Shown: one piece after another, positions 10,005 to 23,800 of the stretch
Layout of the letters: each line of letters begins with the position of its first letter
How positions within the stretch are numbered: position 1 is the first letter of the stretch
Position numbers and translations under genes: made by a program
Notes under the pieces: model-generated
Databases searched by the model: none
What the model was told of the DNA's origin: nothing
The model's input: the letters and a program-made list of their open reading frames with translations, nothing else
Assembly: GCA_047495785.1 (NCBI GenBank)
Contig: JBLDXI010000055.1
Location: 496,001-560,000 of the forward strand
Length of the DNA: 64,000 nucleotides
Reading direction: 5' to 3'
Source: Lepidodermella squamata
Taxonomy: Eukaryota; Animalia; Gastrotricha

Positions 10005-12794
10005 ATGCCGAAGCCCTATAAGAAAACCCGCGAAATGGGTGATTACGAAGACGACTACGACGATGCCGAAGAAATAGCCCCAGCTAAACCTAGTCGGCAA
10101 ACTAAACCTGAAAAGTCATCAAAGCTGCCTCTAGCTGCAATGAACACTAGAGCTAAACGGCGCCAGGTTCTCGAGAGGATGTCAAGTGATATCGACGGCG
10201 AGGAAAAAAGCCTCTCATCGACTATTAAACAACGCATGAGTACTGCTTCGTCACGCCGAATGGGCAAAAACCAGGTAAATTTCTCGGAGATTGAAGATTA
10301 AAATTGAAAGAATTCAATGAGCAGCCTCAAACTAAGAAGACATTGGTAAAACAAAAGCAGCGAATCGGGAGCGTTCCACCATTACATGCAGCTGCCGATC
10401 GAGGCGATGCGGCTAAAGTTCGGCGAATGCTTAGCCACGACGTTGGCGATGATGCGAGTACTTCTAACGCATCGACGCAGCACGTTTCCTCGCACGACCC
10501 GGAGGATGACGGCAACACGCCCCTGCATGTTGCTGCTCGAGCCGGCCACATTGAGGTGGCCGGGGTTTTGCTAGAATTTGGCGGTAAAATCGAATCGCGG
10601 AACAAACATGGCGACACTTGCCTACACACAGCGGCTGCTAGTGGGCAGATCCGAATGGTTCGATACTTCCTCGATCGGAATGTTAAAATCGAAATGTTGG
10701 GCGGGCGCAAATTCACAGCCCTTCATTCTGCGGCTGAGAATGGCCAACCAGCGACTTGTAAATTTCTGATCCTCGAGGGTGGCGCCAATGTGGAGGCGCA
10801 GTCCAGCCGAGGCGATACCCCGCTCCACGTCGCGTCATTCATGGGCGAAACTGGGGCGATGAAAATGCTGATGCGTATGAATGCTGATGTTGAAGCTCGC
10901 AATAAAATGCTAGAAACGCCGCTCCACCGAGCTTGCGCTTCGGGGCAGGTTGAAGCTGTGAGGTTACTAGCGCTGAGGAAAGCTGATTTGGAGGCGAGGC
11001 AGAAGTACGGCTGGACCCTACTTCACACAGCGGCTAGCAATGGCCACGTGCCGGTTGCTCAATTGCTACTTGTGGACTTTAGAGCCGATATTAACGCTCA
11101 GGATTATAATGGCAATACTCCATTGCATGTCGCCAGTTTTTTCGGCAAAACAGGGGTAAATGATCAACGATAGTTGAATTAATTTAAACTAATTTGCTTA
11201 AGATTAATTCAATTTTTTAAATAATTTTCAAATAATTAAATAATTTTTAAATTAATTTTTTTAAATTAATTTCAGTTTTTTAATTTTTTGCGGAAGAGAT
11301 TCTCCGTATCCAAAATTTGGGACATCAAAGTCCTTCTTAATTAATATCAATTTATTGTTCTAACAGGTCGTTGAGTTGCTATTAAGCAAATCACATTGCG
11401 AAATCGAGACGAAAGACACGCATGGGCGAACGCCTCTACATCACGCTGCCTGGTGCGGCCAACGATTTAAATCTGGCGGCGAAATGCCAGACTATTCCAC
11501 GCTGCCAATATGGTACGGCTTCGCTAGAACGGGCGAGGCAGTTTGCTCGTCGTGGCAAAGCAAGTCAAGCCCAACTGGTGCGTTCAACTTCGGTGCCGAA
11601 GAATTGCCGCCGAGCAACGCCGCTATAGTGCGACTACTCCTTTCCAATCGCGCGAATGTGTTAGCTAAAGATTTCCACAACCACACCCCGGTTCACTTTG
11701 CGGCTACAACCGGCCAGCTAGACGCGTGCAAGCTAATAATGGCGGCCGGAGCTCGACTCGAAGAACGAGGCGAGAATAACCGAACTATTTTACACATGAT
11801 TGCTTGCGGCTGCGGGCAACTAGACATTGGCTCTTTGATTATTGAAAGAAATGTCCCAGTCGAGGCGCGAGACAAAAACGGCGATACCGCCTTGTCTTTA
11901 GCTTGCAAGTTCGGGAAAATGGACCTTGCTATTCTTTTGGTTTGTGAGAAGATATCAAACGAAATTAAAAAATGTTGAAAATTACTAATTTTTCAGGTGC
12001 AAAGAGGCGCTAACCCAAATGGTGTGAATCGAGCGAGTGGAGGCGACGCACCTCTTCACCGAGCTGCCGAGTTCGGTCACGTCGATGTCGCCAAAATGCT
12101 GCTATCTCTCGCTGTTGACAAGGCTAAAGTTGTAGACGTCGACTCGCTGAATGGCAGCGGGGACACGGCCTTGATTCGAGCTGCAACTTTCGGCCAGACA
12201 GCAGTTGCCTGGCTTCTTATCACAAGTGGCGCCAAGATCGAACACCAGCGGTCTGAGGTGAACAAAAAACGCCGCGCGCTTCACATGGCGTGCGAGGGTG
12301 GTCACGTGGACACGGTTCGCTTGTTGCTAGACAACCGAGCTGATCACTCAGCGGCTGATACTGACGGAAGAACAGCGTTGCATTTAGCGGCTATTGGTGG
12401 TTTTACGTCGTTATGTCGACTCATGATTCAGGACTATAAAGTCTACGCTCAGGCTGTTGATCTCGCCGGTCGGCAGGCTATCCATCTGGCGGCGATGCAT
12501 GGCCACGTGCAAGTCGTTGAGTTTTTCCTCACCGAGGCTCAAATCAGCGTGGAAGTTCGCGACGATTCCGGAAATACGCCGTTACACTACGCTTGTGATC
12601 GGTTTTCGCTGAGCGAAGACGACATCAAGCTGATTAGGTTATTTGGAGAAGATAGCGTTACTCGCTCAACATTAGGCAAGCTGATGCGGGTTCGGAACAA
12701 TAGCGGTGAAATTCCGTACATTCGCTTGAAAAATGTGGCTACGAAGTCGAAAGCTTATGATGATCTGCTAAAATTTGTCATGTCAAGAATGTAA
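10005..12794 (+). CDS. Ankyrin-repeat protein (about 17 repeats) with disordered basic N-terminus; exons 10005-10274, 10325-11155, 11367-11939, 11997-12794
   Basis: Many G-TPLH-AA..GH..V..LL repeats in consecutive ORFs joined by GT-AG introns in frame. Confidence 0.85.
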
Positions 12795-13227
12795 GCCATA
12801 AATAGCGTTGTGAACAGGAATAAATTTTACGAAGATATTAACGATAATGTGTGAAGTTTGGTGCCAATTTCGATTTTTCAAAGACATAGGCGTGGTCTTT
12901 GACCTCGATTATTTATTTGTTGAAATTGCATATTTCTCGACTTGGATCAATTTTTTGCGAAACTTTTTTGCGTCGATTTTGGAGTCGGCACGAGCCGACT
13001 AAAAAGGGTGATATTTGGCGTAAATATCCAGAGGACAAGGACCCTATTCATTAGCTGGGCAGTTGTTTGAAAAACACGCGATCGGCGCAGTAGAATTTTA
13101 GTAATTCGTATAGCACGTGCGCCAGAATAAGTTCTGATGTGAATTCAAAACTGCGGTATATCGTTTTTATTTGAGGTTTCAAAATATTGAGTTTGAGCTT
13201 AATCAATTTATTGGAGTTTTAACAAAT

Positions 13228-16200
13228 ATGTTGATCCCTCTGCTTCTCATCACAGTGGGAAGCCTGTCCCATGTTGCCGAATGCGACTTCCAGGTAAAAT
13301 TAAGGATAATTTAACAATGTTATACGCTATTTTACCCTAGTCTGCTATGAACAGTCTGAAAGCAATGGTGAGTTGAAGCTCCTTAAATAAAATAGAAAAA
13401 TATCGTTTCGAATTATCAGCTGGCAGAAAAGCAAGCCAAGGTGTTAGGATCAGCCGTTAATCCCGTATTGAAAGCTGAGGTCGGCTCTCTTTCTGTTTGG
13501 CCCTCGTCAACTGTGCCAAATAACATGGTTCCAATCAATTACGCATTTGCTGACGGATCTTTTAGTAAGTTCAGGCTGATTATTTTTAGCCGCAGTTTTT
13601 GAACTCTAAATATATTTCCAGCCAATGATCAAAAGATAATAATAAGAGCCGGAATGGACGTATGGTCGAAGGAAACCTGCGTGACGTTCGCTGAGAATCC
13701 GTCGGCTGATAACATCGCCAACATCAACAGCATCACATTCAAAGCTGACAACAAGTTTATTATTGCTTCAATCTGATATTATCCTGATCCTAAATTAAAT
13801 TGACGCTTTTTAGGTGTACCAGTGATTACGGCATGAAAAGCACCGTTGAAACACAATTTATATCTATCGCGCCGTCCTGCTTGACGGTGAGTTCAAAACG
13901 GCAGCAGCGCGTCTGATTTTTTTTTTATCAACAACACGCAGGTGTGGGGCGTTGCTCGTTTGATTGGCCGTGTTCTCGGCTTAGTGAGTTTGCCAAAAAA
14001 ATAAATAAAAAACATTTCCGTACATTTTATTTGCCAGGTCGAGGAACATTTGCGGCCGGACCGTGATTTATATATTCGCATTAATTGGGCGAACATTCCA
14101 ACGTGAGTCGGCGTTAACAAATCATAAAAGATCATATTCTGAACAAATGTTTTATTGGAAATTCACAGAGATCGGCTTGCCGAGTTTGAAATCGTTACTG
14201 ATCATCCAAACATTGGAAATTCGTACGATTATTCTTCCGTAATGCATCCTGATGCGTACTATATGAGCAAAAGCCCACTTCTGAAAACAATCGAGCCTGT
14301 GAATGTTTTCTACCAAAAGTCAATTGGCCAACATTTGGAGCTCTCTAAGTATAATCTCTTGGCAATCAATAATAATTATTGTAAGTTCCTAAATTTGATA
14401 ACTGTTCAAACTAAAATGGTATCTTCAGCGTGTACCATTAAAATTGCGCAACAATATTGGAATTTTGAATTATTTTCAGGAATAATAAAACGAATTTTTC
14501 AAGTTAAGCCCACTGAGGGAATCTTCCAAACTCTATCCACTATTACCGCAGAAATTAAAAAGTTGCCAGAGAGAACCTGAAAACCCCGATGGTTACTGGT
14601 TCGGTAATTTTCGGTTTTTACCTGGTTGAATCAGATTTCTTCGTATTTTTTTTTAATCCAAAAGAGACATACTTGATTGACATTCTTACGGCATTTTAGA
14701 TTTTTTCAAGATTTTTCTTGCCATGATATATTATGACTTCCCCTCTCATTTCTCATTTTAGAGTTTCACTTTGTCTCAAAATGTGTCTCACTCCAATTTG
14801 TAACATTTTACAGGTTATTGCGATTCGTCTCCTGCGAATGGATGCTTTAATTACGGAATAGTTAACACGAAAGCCTGCGAGTCATGCAGATGTTTCGCAC
14901 CCGGGCTGCCGGGTGCCTGCTCGGTTGATCAGTTGCCATATTCGAATGGATTGGAGCTTCGGAGTTGCTCGGCTGTGCATAACGTCGATGGCTGTAAAAC
15001 ACTGCACATTTATTCGCCTAACTATCCCAATAGCTACCCAGCTGGACAAGATTGTACCTATTTCATCAGCAACAACGTAAGAATTTAGCTAATAATTTTT
15101 CGTATTCGTCCATATCTTCTCTCAGGACAATAGCGATGGAATGATAGTTGCCTTTGAAGATCGCCCGGATTTGCCATGCGATGAATCAGGTGAGCGCTGT
15201 CTTACGAGTTATTTCTTCGTAAAACCGAGGCTTTTCCTCATTGCAGGGCAATGTTTGGACTACGTAGCCATATCAGATGAGGGTTACTTTGCTGATGGCG
15301 CGAGGTAAAGGAAGAACGCTTACATCTAATTAAAACCGGCATTATTTTCCTAGATTTTGTCGCTGTGGACCTTCTTCTGGCCGAGTTTTCATCACAACGT
15401 CAAGTAGTATCTATATCAAGCTGTTTACTCGCTCGGCCGTAGCTGGGAAGGGTTTTCACATCGCGGTTTACACAATGTGCCAGGGCAGATTGCCGAGTAC
15501 TGTGTCAAAAGAATGTCGCATCAGCAACAGTGGCTACGACTACCAGGGTTCTGTGATAGTTAGCAAGGCTGACAACTCGTGCCTAAATTGGAAATCGCTC
15601 AACCTTTATGATTCTCTTGATTTCCCAAATGCCGATATCTCAGCTTCGAAAAGGCAGTGCCGTAACCCTAAGCCATCTAAACAACAACCTCTGCCGTTTT
15701 GCCACACGACCTCGGGTCCAGAAACTTGCTTAACCTATCAATGCGGTATGAACTATATTATTCATCATATTGACCATGAATATTTGTTATTTTCCAGCGC
15801 CGTATGTTCGATGTGCCTTAAAAACCGCCCCGTATGGCTTCAAAGGCTGCCGACCGCAGGCTCAGGGTTGCAAAAGCAATGAATTCAATGTGAGACGCCA
15901 CTTCCTAAACAGTTTCCTATCTTTTTCTATACTGTCGCTAGATGGATGCCGATTTTTTCATAGACCACTACGGTTGCTTCGTCGGGGTATGTTGACTTGA
16001 CACCTGAAACTAGAATCTACCTTGAATCTAATTTATAGGCTGCAATCGCCTGCCTTGACGTAGCTACGCAAACCTATCGATGCCGATCTTCGGAGTTTGG
16101 TTGTCCAAGAGGTGAAATTGAGGTGAGAATCAACAACTCTATCATCGTCAATCGTTTTTCATCGTTGTATCCAGATCGCCTTTTTCTCATCGCAACCGAC

Positions 16201-17371
16201 CAACTACTTCGAGAATAATCATGATACGTGCCTTTACATGGCCAAAAATGGAGTAATTTCTTTTAATACCCTTACAACTACGTTTCGGAATAACATAACA
16301 AATTGAATCTAGGTGAAATTCGTTAGGTGCATGCTAAATGGAAAATTTTCGTCGTGCCAACGTGGAACGTCATGTCCTTCTAACCAAGTTAGCGACGGCA
16401 TGACGTATACCAATTTTGCTCATTGCGTTCGAGGCATCACATTCGGTAAACCATTAATTGCGACCTATAATTCGATTATCTAATTTCGATTTAAAATCTA
16501 GTTAAATACTTTTTACCTGACCCAACTCCGGTCACGCGCGATGTCGCTGAAACCACTTGCGAAGTTAATTCTGGCATTCTGGCCAAGGTTGTTACTAGTC
16601 GAGATCGCGCGGAAGCTACCTTGCTTATTGCCGATGAAAGTTGGGCCGGAATAAAGAGTACCACCAAAGTTTTTACCTGGTCGAGTGGGCAAGAAGTAAA
16701 ACCTGAGATGTGGATCGGCAACTCTCCTCCTCAGGAAGATTCAGGAGCTTGTAAGCTATTTCCGTCAATTTTTTATTCTCATAAAAAAAATGTTGCCCCA
16801 TAGGCGTGGCCTACTTCCTCGATCAGGGATTGGCCGCTGCGGACTGTTACAACGACAAATTTTTTCCGTTCTGCCAGAATCGTAATAACTTGGTAATTTT
16901 TCCAATTTTCCCCCGAGCTTTTTATGGTCACTTTTGGCTCGCATAGAATGATATAAAATTCAACCCAACAGCAAGGGTAGACCGTGCGGGTGCTGACCAG
17001 TGGTGCAGATTCATCTTCAGCGGCAGAGCCGCTCCCGATCTAAATAACGATGATACTGTCTTGGCAAGCCTCAAGACTGTCATTTCGAATCAACAAGCTC
17101 CCTATAACGAGGGAAAAGTATGGGTTGCTGCAAGTCGACGGATAATTGACTACAAATGGTCGGACGATACGGCTGTAGGCTCGAGCAGCCCACCATGGAG
17201 CCCCGGATACCCCCAGGGCACGCAATTTTGTGAGAAATTCAATGCGAACCGAACTTCAATCTTCATACTAATTATTGTTTTTTTGCAGGCGCATCCATCT
17301 CGTCTAAAGGCCTTTTTCAAGACGCCGATTGTGACACCGCCCTCCCTCCACTATGCGAGCTTGTCAGCTAG
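13228..17371 (+). CDS. Secreted mosaic protein: signal peptide - inactive astacin (M12A) domain - EGF-like - CUB - kringle - three 4-Cys repeats - two C-type lectin domains; about 20 small exons
   Basis: MLIPLLLITVGSLSHVAEC; WPSST..PINYAF; GMDVWSKETCVTF; CTSDYG..QFISIAPSC; RLIGRVLGLVEEHLRPDRDLYIRINWANI; YDYSSVMHP; SPNYPNSYPAGQDCTYFI; GYDYQG..CLNW..CRNP..PFCHT; CTL-like WAGI..FTWSSG..W..NSP and WVAA..YKWSDD..W.PGYP; stop TAG 17369-17371. Confidence 0.75.
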
Positions 17372-17817
17372 GCTGGAATAGTTGACTTGCAACTATCAAA
17401 CCTTAACTATTTCCTTTTTTGTGATTAAACACTTTCCTCGTGTGTGTATTTCGTTGTATATCAAAACGCTTTATTCAATTTTCAGTCATCCAAGTGGGCT
17501 AGAATTGATGCATCCATATGCATACAGAACATGAGCATAAATGAGTTTTGGATATAACATTGGTAAATTACATTGAGCGATCAAATCAGCTCAGTATAAA
17601 TTAAAACTTCGAGCGCTGTAATTTTCAATTTTTTGTTTGTTAAAAAAGTCACAACACGGAGAATTCCAGCGGCGATACTGATATATAATAATTATTGAGG
17701 GGATTCATGTATATATAGGAAGAGAAGGGACTAGTACAAAAAGGAGAATTCTCTGCGTCGATTTATCAGACGATCTCATTATGGCGACAATTTGACGGAT
17801 ATTATAACAGGGGCGGG

Positions 17818-20800
17818 TCACCTCGCATTCGGGTACCAGGATCGAGACCGCCTCCGCCGGATCGAATAAAACATTGTCAAGACAATGCCGATAGCAGCAA
17901 CGAGACAGAGACCAGCAAAAGCCAGAGTTAGGCCTGATGTGAAAAAATCATAAGATTACATGGTAAAAACTCGATGAAAAACTTACCTAGTTTCTGATGG
18001 GAGAATTCATTTTCTGGCATTATCGGGTACGGGTCGAAGGTGAGAGCAGCCGGAACTGAAGCTTGGCCAGCCATTGAGCACCCTCCACCGCCAGCGCCGT
18101 CGCCAGACCATGCCTCATCTCCCCACGCATCCGACGACGTCAAGTTGTAATCAATCGGCCTGCATTCCGTTGCCGAGTGGGGGAAAGCTCTTCGTTCGAT
18201 CGAAGTCGCCGCTCTGAACCCAGACCGGCAGCGGCACACGCCTTCCGTACAGCTCTGGTCGTACCAGCGGTGGTAGCACTGCCGCGTGGCGTCGCACCGT
18301 TCGCCGCGTAGGGCGAAGGCGAGCCCGGCTGTTGGCGAAACGGGCCGGCAACGGCGGCCGTCCGACGCCGGTTCCCAGCCGGACAAACACTCGCAGACGC
18401 CGCGCTCGGAGCAGCGGCTGTTAAACGCCTCACAGGCTACCGTGCTATCGCAGCGTTGGTTAAGCTGGACGGCAGGCAGGCACAGGGTGTTGTTCGCATT
18501 CAACGCGAAACCGTCGCGGCAAACACAGGCTGGCGCGAAGCAGTTGCGCCGTAGACAGTCGGAATTGCCCGGGCAACGGGTGTCGCCGTCACATAGGCCG
18601 TAAGGTAGGACCTGGGCGTTGTCTACTAGCGCTTCAAGGCGGGGTGGCGGCAGGCGGCGGCGAACTGCCGACGCAAACCGATGTCGATCTCCAGCTCGGA
18701 GGCTGGCGTGGAAAACTGGCGCGAGGATAGCCTCATGCGGCGCTGGGTTTTCGTCGTTTTCATCAGCCGCCGCGACCAGGACAACAGGCGGTTGACCCGA
18801 TGCCATCGTGCTGATCGGAGACGCTGGCCCATCGTAATGCCAGCCGACGAAATCGCCAACAATCGCGAAGAGCTGGCTTTCGGGTGGCACGCGATACGTC
18901 AGCACAGACGAAGCATTCAACGCATCGTTATTCGGCGAAATCGAGATGGTATTCGTGCCGACTAAGACAAATTCCTGATGAGAATCGCCGCCTCTATCCC
19001 GCTCTAGCCCAGTTTGGTGGGACATTGACCCAGACGCAGGTTCGACAATGCGCCAGATGTCGATGTGTACGGTGAACGAGTCAGACGAGGCGTATTCGTC
19101 GTTCAATTTCGGCGACAAAAATCGCCACTCTTTCACAAGACCCGTGCAGCGAATCGGCAGGGTGGTGAAAATTACCATTTGACTGACCTCCTGCTGCAAA
19201 TCGGCCGTGACAACGGCGGATGAGACCGAAGCGTAAGACTTGGATGCTTCGTTGTTGTTGCGATTTTCGGATTTTTCGCCGCTGTTTTTCGGCCTGTGGC
19301 TGTTCCAGAGGCAGTGGCCAATCGGTCGGCAAGTTGGCAAAGTCGACCACTGGCCGTCGCTATTACAGGTGATAGAGGCCGAGCCCAGCATGTGATAACC
19401 TTCATCACAGGCGAAACGATGAACAGCAGATTGGCGCGTCCCGTGGCCTGTTATTAAGGTGGCATGAGGTACTGACGGAACAGCGCCGCAATCGATGAAT
19501 GAAGCTGTGACGATAGCTTGAAGAGCCGGGATTCTCCAACGTTTCCTTTCGGGCTCATCGAACGCGATTAACCCGTTACTAACCATGATATCGCCATGAC
19601 CAGCCGCCTTAACGCGGCCGGAGAATAGTTGATCACGTGACCAAGGCCGTGGCTCGAGGTCATCTGCGAATGGGATAACCAATTGAGACGCGGCGATGTT
19701 GGCGCTTGGGTAGTGGATGCCGACTACGTCACCACGCCGCACTGCTACAGTCACCGGCTGTTCGATATTGTGAGTTTCAACCCCGTGAGCGCCGTTAGTT
19801 CGGATCGTATTCGCGCCAACCAGGCGATAAGTCGCCGAATCGTTGACCTGCCGCCATATGCCGAGGTAGACAGTTTGACCAGCCGCGAGACTGTAAAACC
19901 GCCATGACGTTACAATGCCGTCGCATTTGAACTGCATGGACGTGAAAATCATGAGATAGGACCCGGATGACGTGAAATCAGGCCGTGCTGGGGGTTCGTA
20001 GCCAGCGACGCATAACGGCTTTGGCACGCACATTGGCGCCGGGGTCCAGCCGCGTTCGAGGCAAGTCGAAATCCCTGTTCCACGCATTTCGAAATGCTCG
20101 AAGCAATGATAAATCGCCTTCTGGCCGACAGTTGTCAAAGCACTCAACGGCTGGGTCGGGATTGCTGCCAGTGACGTAGCGGATCTATCGAACTGGAATG
20201 AGCCCCAGGATATCGCCTTTGGCACTCCGCAGCCAGGTAATGCTATAAATTAAATCAAATTAAATTTAGTAATTTTACGGAATTTTAGACTCACTTAGGG
20301 CCAATGCGACAATGGCTGGTGTCCTAGCACTCTGTTGCTTTTGGCTGTGTTGCATTGATACATAGTGATAGCCGACGATTTCCGACCTCAAGTCGCGTTC
20401 TGCCAAGCGGCGGCTCGCAAAATCGTGCATTTCTACCGCGCTTAAATTAGCCGCCTCAATCGACTGACTCGTCCAATGAGCAATCGCGCCGATCGATGGG
20501 CCAGACTCGCCGTCTTGCCGCTCAATTTCGCCGTAATGCAGTCCGATAAAACAGTCGTGGTCGACCATTATTCGAGACGTTGTCGGCACTCGAAGTGATA
20601 TGAGCCCCGGTGAGGTTAGGGTGAAGTTGTTGGAACCAACTAGTTCAAACCATTCGCCGTTAACTTTACGCCAGACATCTAGGAAAACTAGAGTAGGCTC
20701 AGTTGCGATCGAATACACCTTCCATTCCACGATTTCAGCCGAGCAGCCGAACCGCATTGACGGGTACATTGTCAACCAACGACCCGGCGGGTTGACAGTT

Positions 20801-23800
20801 TCGGGTAGCGGCGACAACGCCCAGTCATGGCCAACCCGGCAGTTGGGTGTTTCAGGGACGCAGAGCGGAGCAGCCGGGGTCCAGGAGCCATCGGCCTGGC
20901 ACGAAATCTGAGCAGTCCCAGCCAACTGATAACCAGAGTCGCAGGTGAATGTGACCACGTGACCAGGCGGGGCGTACAACGACGACCTGACTTGCCCATT
21001 CATTTCCAAGTCGTTCATCGTCGCGTCGAAATTATGGGTGCCATGAGCTACGGCAGCTGGGGCAGCGCAACCCCGGGCGGGTCGGATTAGCAGTTGAACA
21101 GCGGGACGAGTCGATCGCGAATGCTGCTTCTCAACCTCGGACGGCGATGCGCTAAGGGCGACGTAGTTCACGCTGGACATAGCCATCGAAATATCAGCGT
21201 CGTTCAACGGCAAGCGGTAGCACGACGGGTAGGGCGAATTCCGGTGCCGGGTTGGGTCCGAATCGCTGATTGGCGGGATGACTGGGACATCAGACTCTTG
21301 CTCGTAATGAACCCCGATAACATCGCCGATTTGAACTCGAATCGCTGTAGTTTCGTCCAGGGTGATCACGTGACGGCCAATAGCATTAGCCGCCCACCTG
21401 GTGGTTCCGACCAGCTGGAACCGATTGTCACTCAACGGCCGCCAGACCCCGAAAACTACAATACTACCGTCATCACGCTGGGACAAAAAGATCCAACGAT
21501 CAGCCTCGCCAGTGCAAACGGCTCGCATTGATGGGCAAATCGATAAATCAGCCGAGTCAGTTATCGCGTCGGCTAGAACTGGTTCGTTGTGGTTGCTGTG
21601 GAAAACCGGGGCGGGCATGTATAACGCGCTTGGAATTTCATTCGGCACGACTGAGCCTAACCGACACAACGGATTGCCAACGTCGATACAACGGGGCAGT
21701 TCAGACCACGATTGGTCAGCGGCTTCGCAGGTGACCTTGGCCTTACCGACCAGTTCATACCCGTATTGGCATGAGAATTCGTAAGCGACCTGGGGTACGC
21801 TATTAGTGCCGTTGTGGTTATTCAGGACTAATCGGTTCGAAACGGCTGTGAGGACAGAAGGAGGATCGCCGCAGTCGACAAGTTCGCAAGTTGGCGGGGC
21901 AGACCACTCGCCGTTTGATAGGCAAACAATGGCTGAGTCACCCTCTAATAAATAGCCGGGTAGACATGATACGTGCCGATGAGCACCAATCTGCAAAAAA
22001 TCAATTTTTCAAAAAAATCCGATTTTTCCCTCGATTTTTCTTACCTGAGTTCCATTATCAGTATCGCTGAGCAAAATGCTGTTAGGCACGTAAGGAATCG
22101 CATCCAATCGGCACGATATCATTTTGGTTTCGCAGACCGGTAGTCTGCCAAATGAGCCGTCAGCATGGCAAGTGACTGTGTCATAGCCACCGACTGGCGA
22201 GTAACCAGGTGCGCACTCAATCATAGCAGTTTGACCGGCTAAGGCGACCAGCGGGTCGGCTAAAACTGTCGGCTCTGCGATGAGTTGAAGCCTGCCGTTT
22301 TCGATATTCGGGAAATTTCCGCACGATGTTAGGCATTTCGGCAGCGGTTTCACCCAACGGCCGTCGGTTCCGCATGAAATCACGTTGTTGCTACCCGGTT
22401 GACCGGTCATTGTAAGGATGAAGCCGTTTTCGCACTGGACCGTGACCCGATCGCCGGCTGTGAAAACCGGGCTCTCCATGCTAAGGGCAGAATCGAGGGA
22501 AACCTCCGCCGAGGCAGGTGTCAACAATCGCGCATTTTCGATTATTGGCAAAGGTTCACATTGCACTACAAAAAATTAAAAAATACACCAAAATTAAATT
22601 AAAAACTCAACATTTGAAAAATTTAAAATTCATTTAATTTTTAATTAAAAATGGAAAATTACAGCCATACTTACCAACGCAACGAGGCATAACTGAAGGT
22701 GTCCACGTTCCTTTATCAGAGCACGTGATGATATTTCGCCCGACCATCAAAAACCCGTTATGACACGAGTACGAAAATGTATCACCGGCAGTTGCCACCT
22801 TAATTGTATTGCGTTCAACGCCGCCCTCGTAAATGTAGTCGATCGAAGCGTGGGAAACTCGAGGCGGTTCGCCGCAGGACCGAACGCAGTTAGGCAACGG
22901 CTGGGACCATGTGAAATTCTTCTGGCACATAATTGCTGGTGGGCCGGTGTTAATGAAGCCATCAGGGCAGTCATACTGCACTGTATCGCCGATTTGAGGA
23001 CCGGCCGAGCCGCCGTACGAAAATTTCGCCTCTGCGCCCTCGATTTGAGGCGGCGGTGGGCAGTTCCTAACGCAAGATGTTGGCGGTTCAGGGTTCCATT
23101 GACCATTTTCGGCGCAGGTTATCGTGACCTTGCCCGATGCAACATTCTCCGTAGTCGAGTTGAACCGATAGCCCTGATCGCAGGAATAGACTATTCGCTG
23201 ACCAACAGGCGCCTCTTCGCTTTCAGAAGCTGACTGAGAGGTATCGCCTCCAGCTACGATTAATCGGCCATGTTCAAGCGGTGGCGGAGCTTCGCAGGTA
23301 AGCGGACCCTTTAGCAATAGGCCTACAGCAGGTGGGGCGGCTAATCTCGCTTTCGCCTTCCTCGGAGCCGTGATGAAACCAGGATTTCGCATGGCTTGTC
23401 GGATGTCAGTATCGAATTTTTGATAGGCGAAGCAATCAAAGTTGTCAATAGGCCCGCCTTCATCCATATGTACCTTATGGCCAATAGGCGAGATCAGGGA
23501 TACAACCGGGTTGTTGCTTGCCTCTTCGTAATAGACACCGATAAAATCACCCCGCATAGCCTTGAATTGATCACTGGGTGGGACACCCTTGATAACGCGG
23601 CCTTTATGGGTGACGCGGAATTTATTGGCACCGACTACAACAAACCGACCGTCCTCGATTTTGCGCCAAACCGACAAAATCACCGAAGCGTTATCGTCTC
23701 TGTCTGACAAAAATATCCATTTGTCAACAATTCCAGTGCAATTAACGACCAATTGCGGGCATAGCAGAGCTTCGGAAGATCGAGCTGATTGAACTACGAG

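Noticed and set aside
11165-11290. AT-only aattaatt tracts (also 25730-25870)
   Set aside because: Low-complexity intron sequence; no repeat unit, spacer structure or TIRs.
14381-14580. C-terminal half of ORF 14155-14580
   Set aside because: Read-through into an intron after the GTAAGT donor at 14381; astacin similarity stops there.
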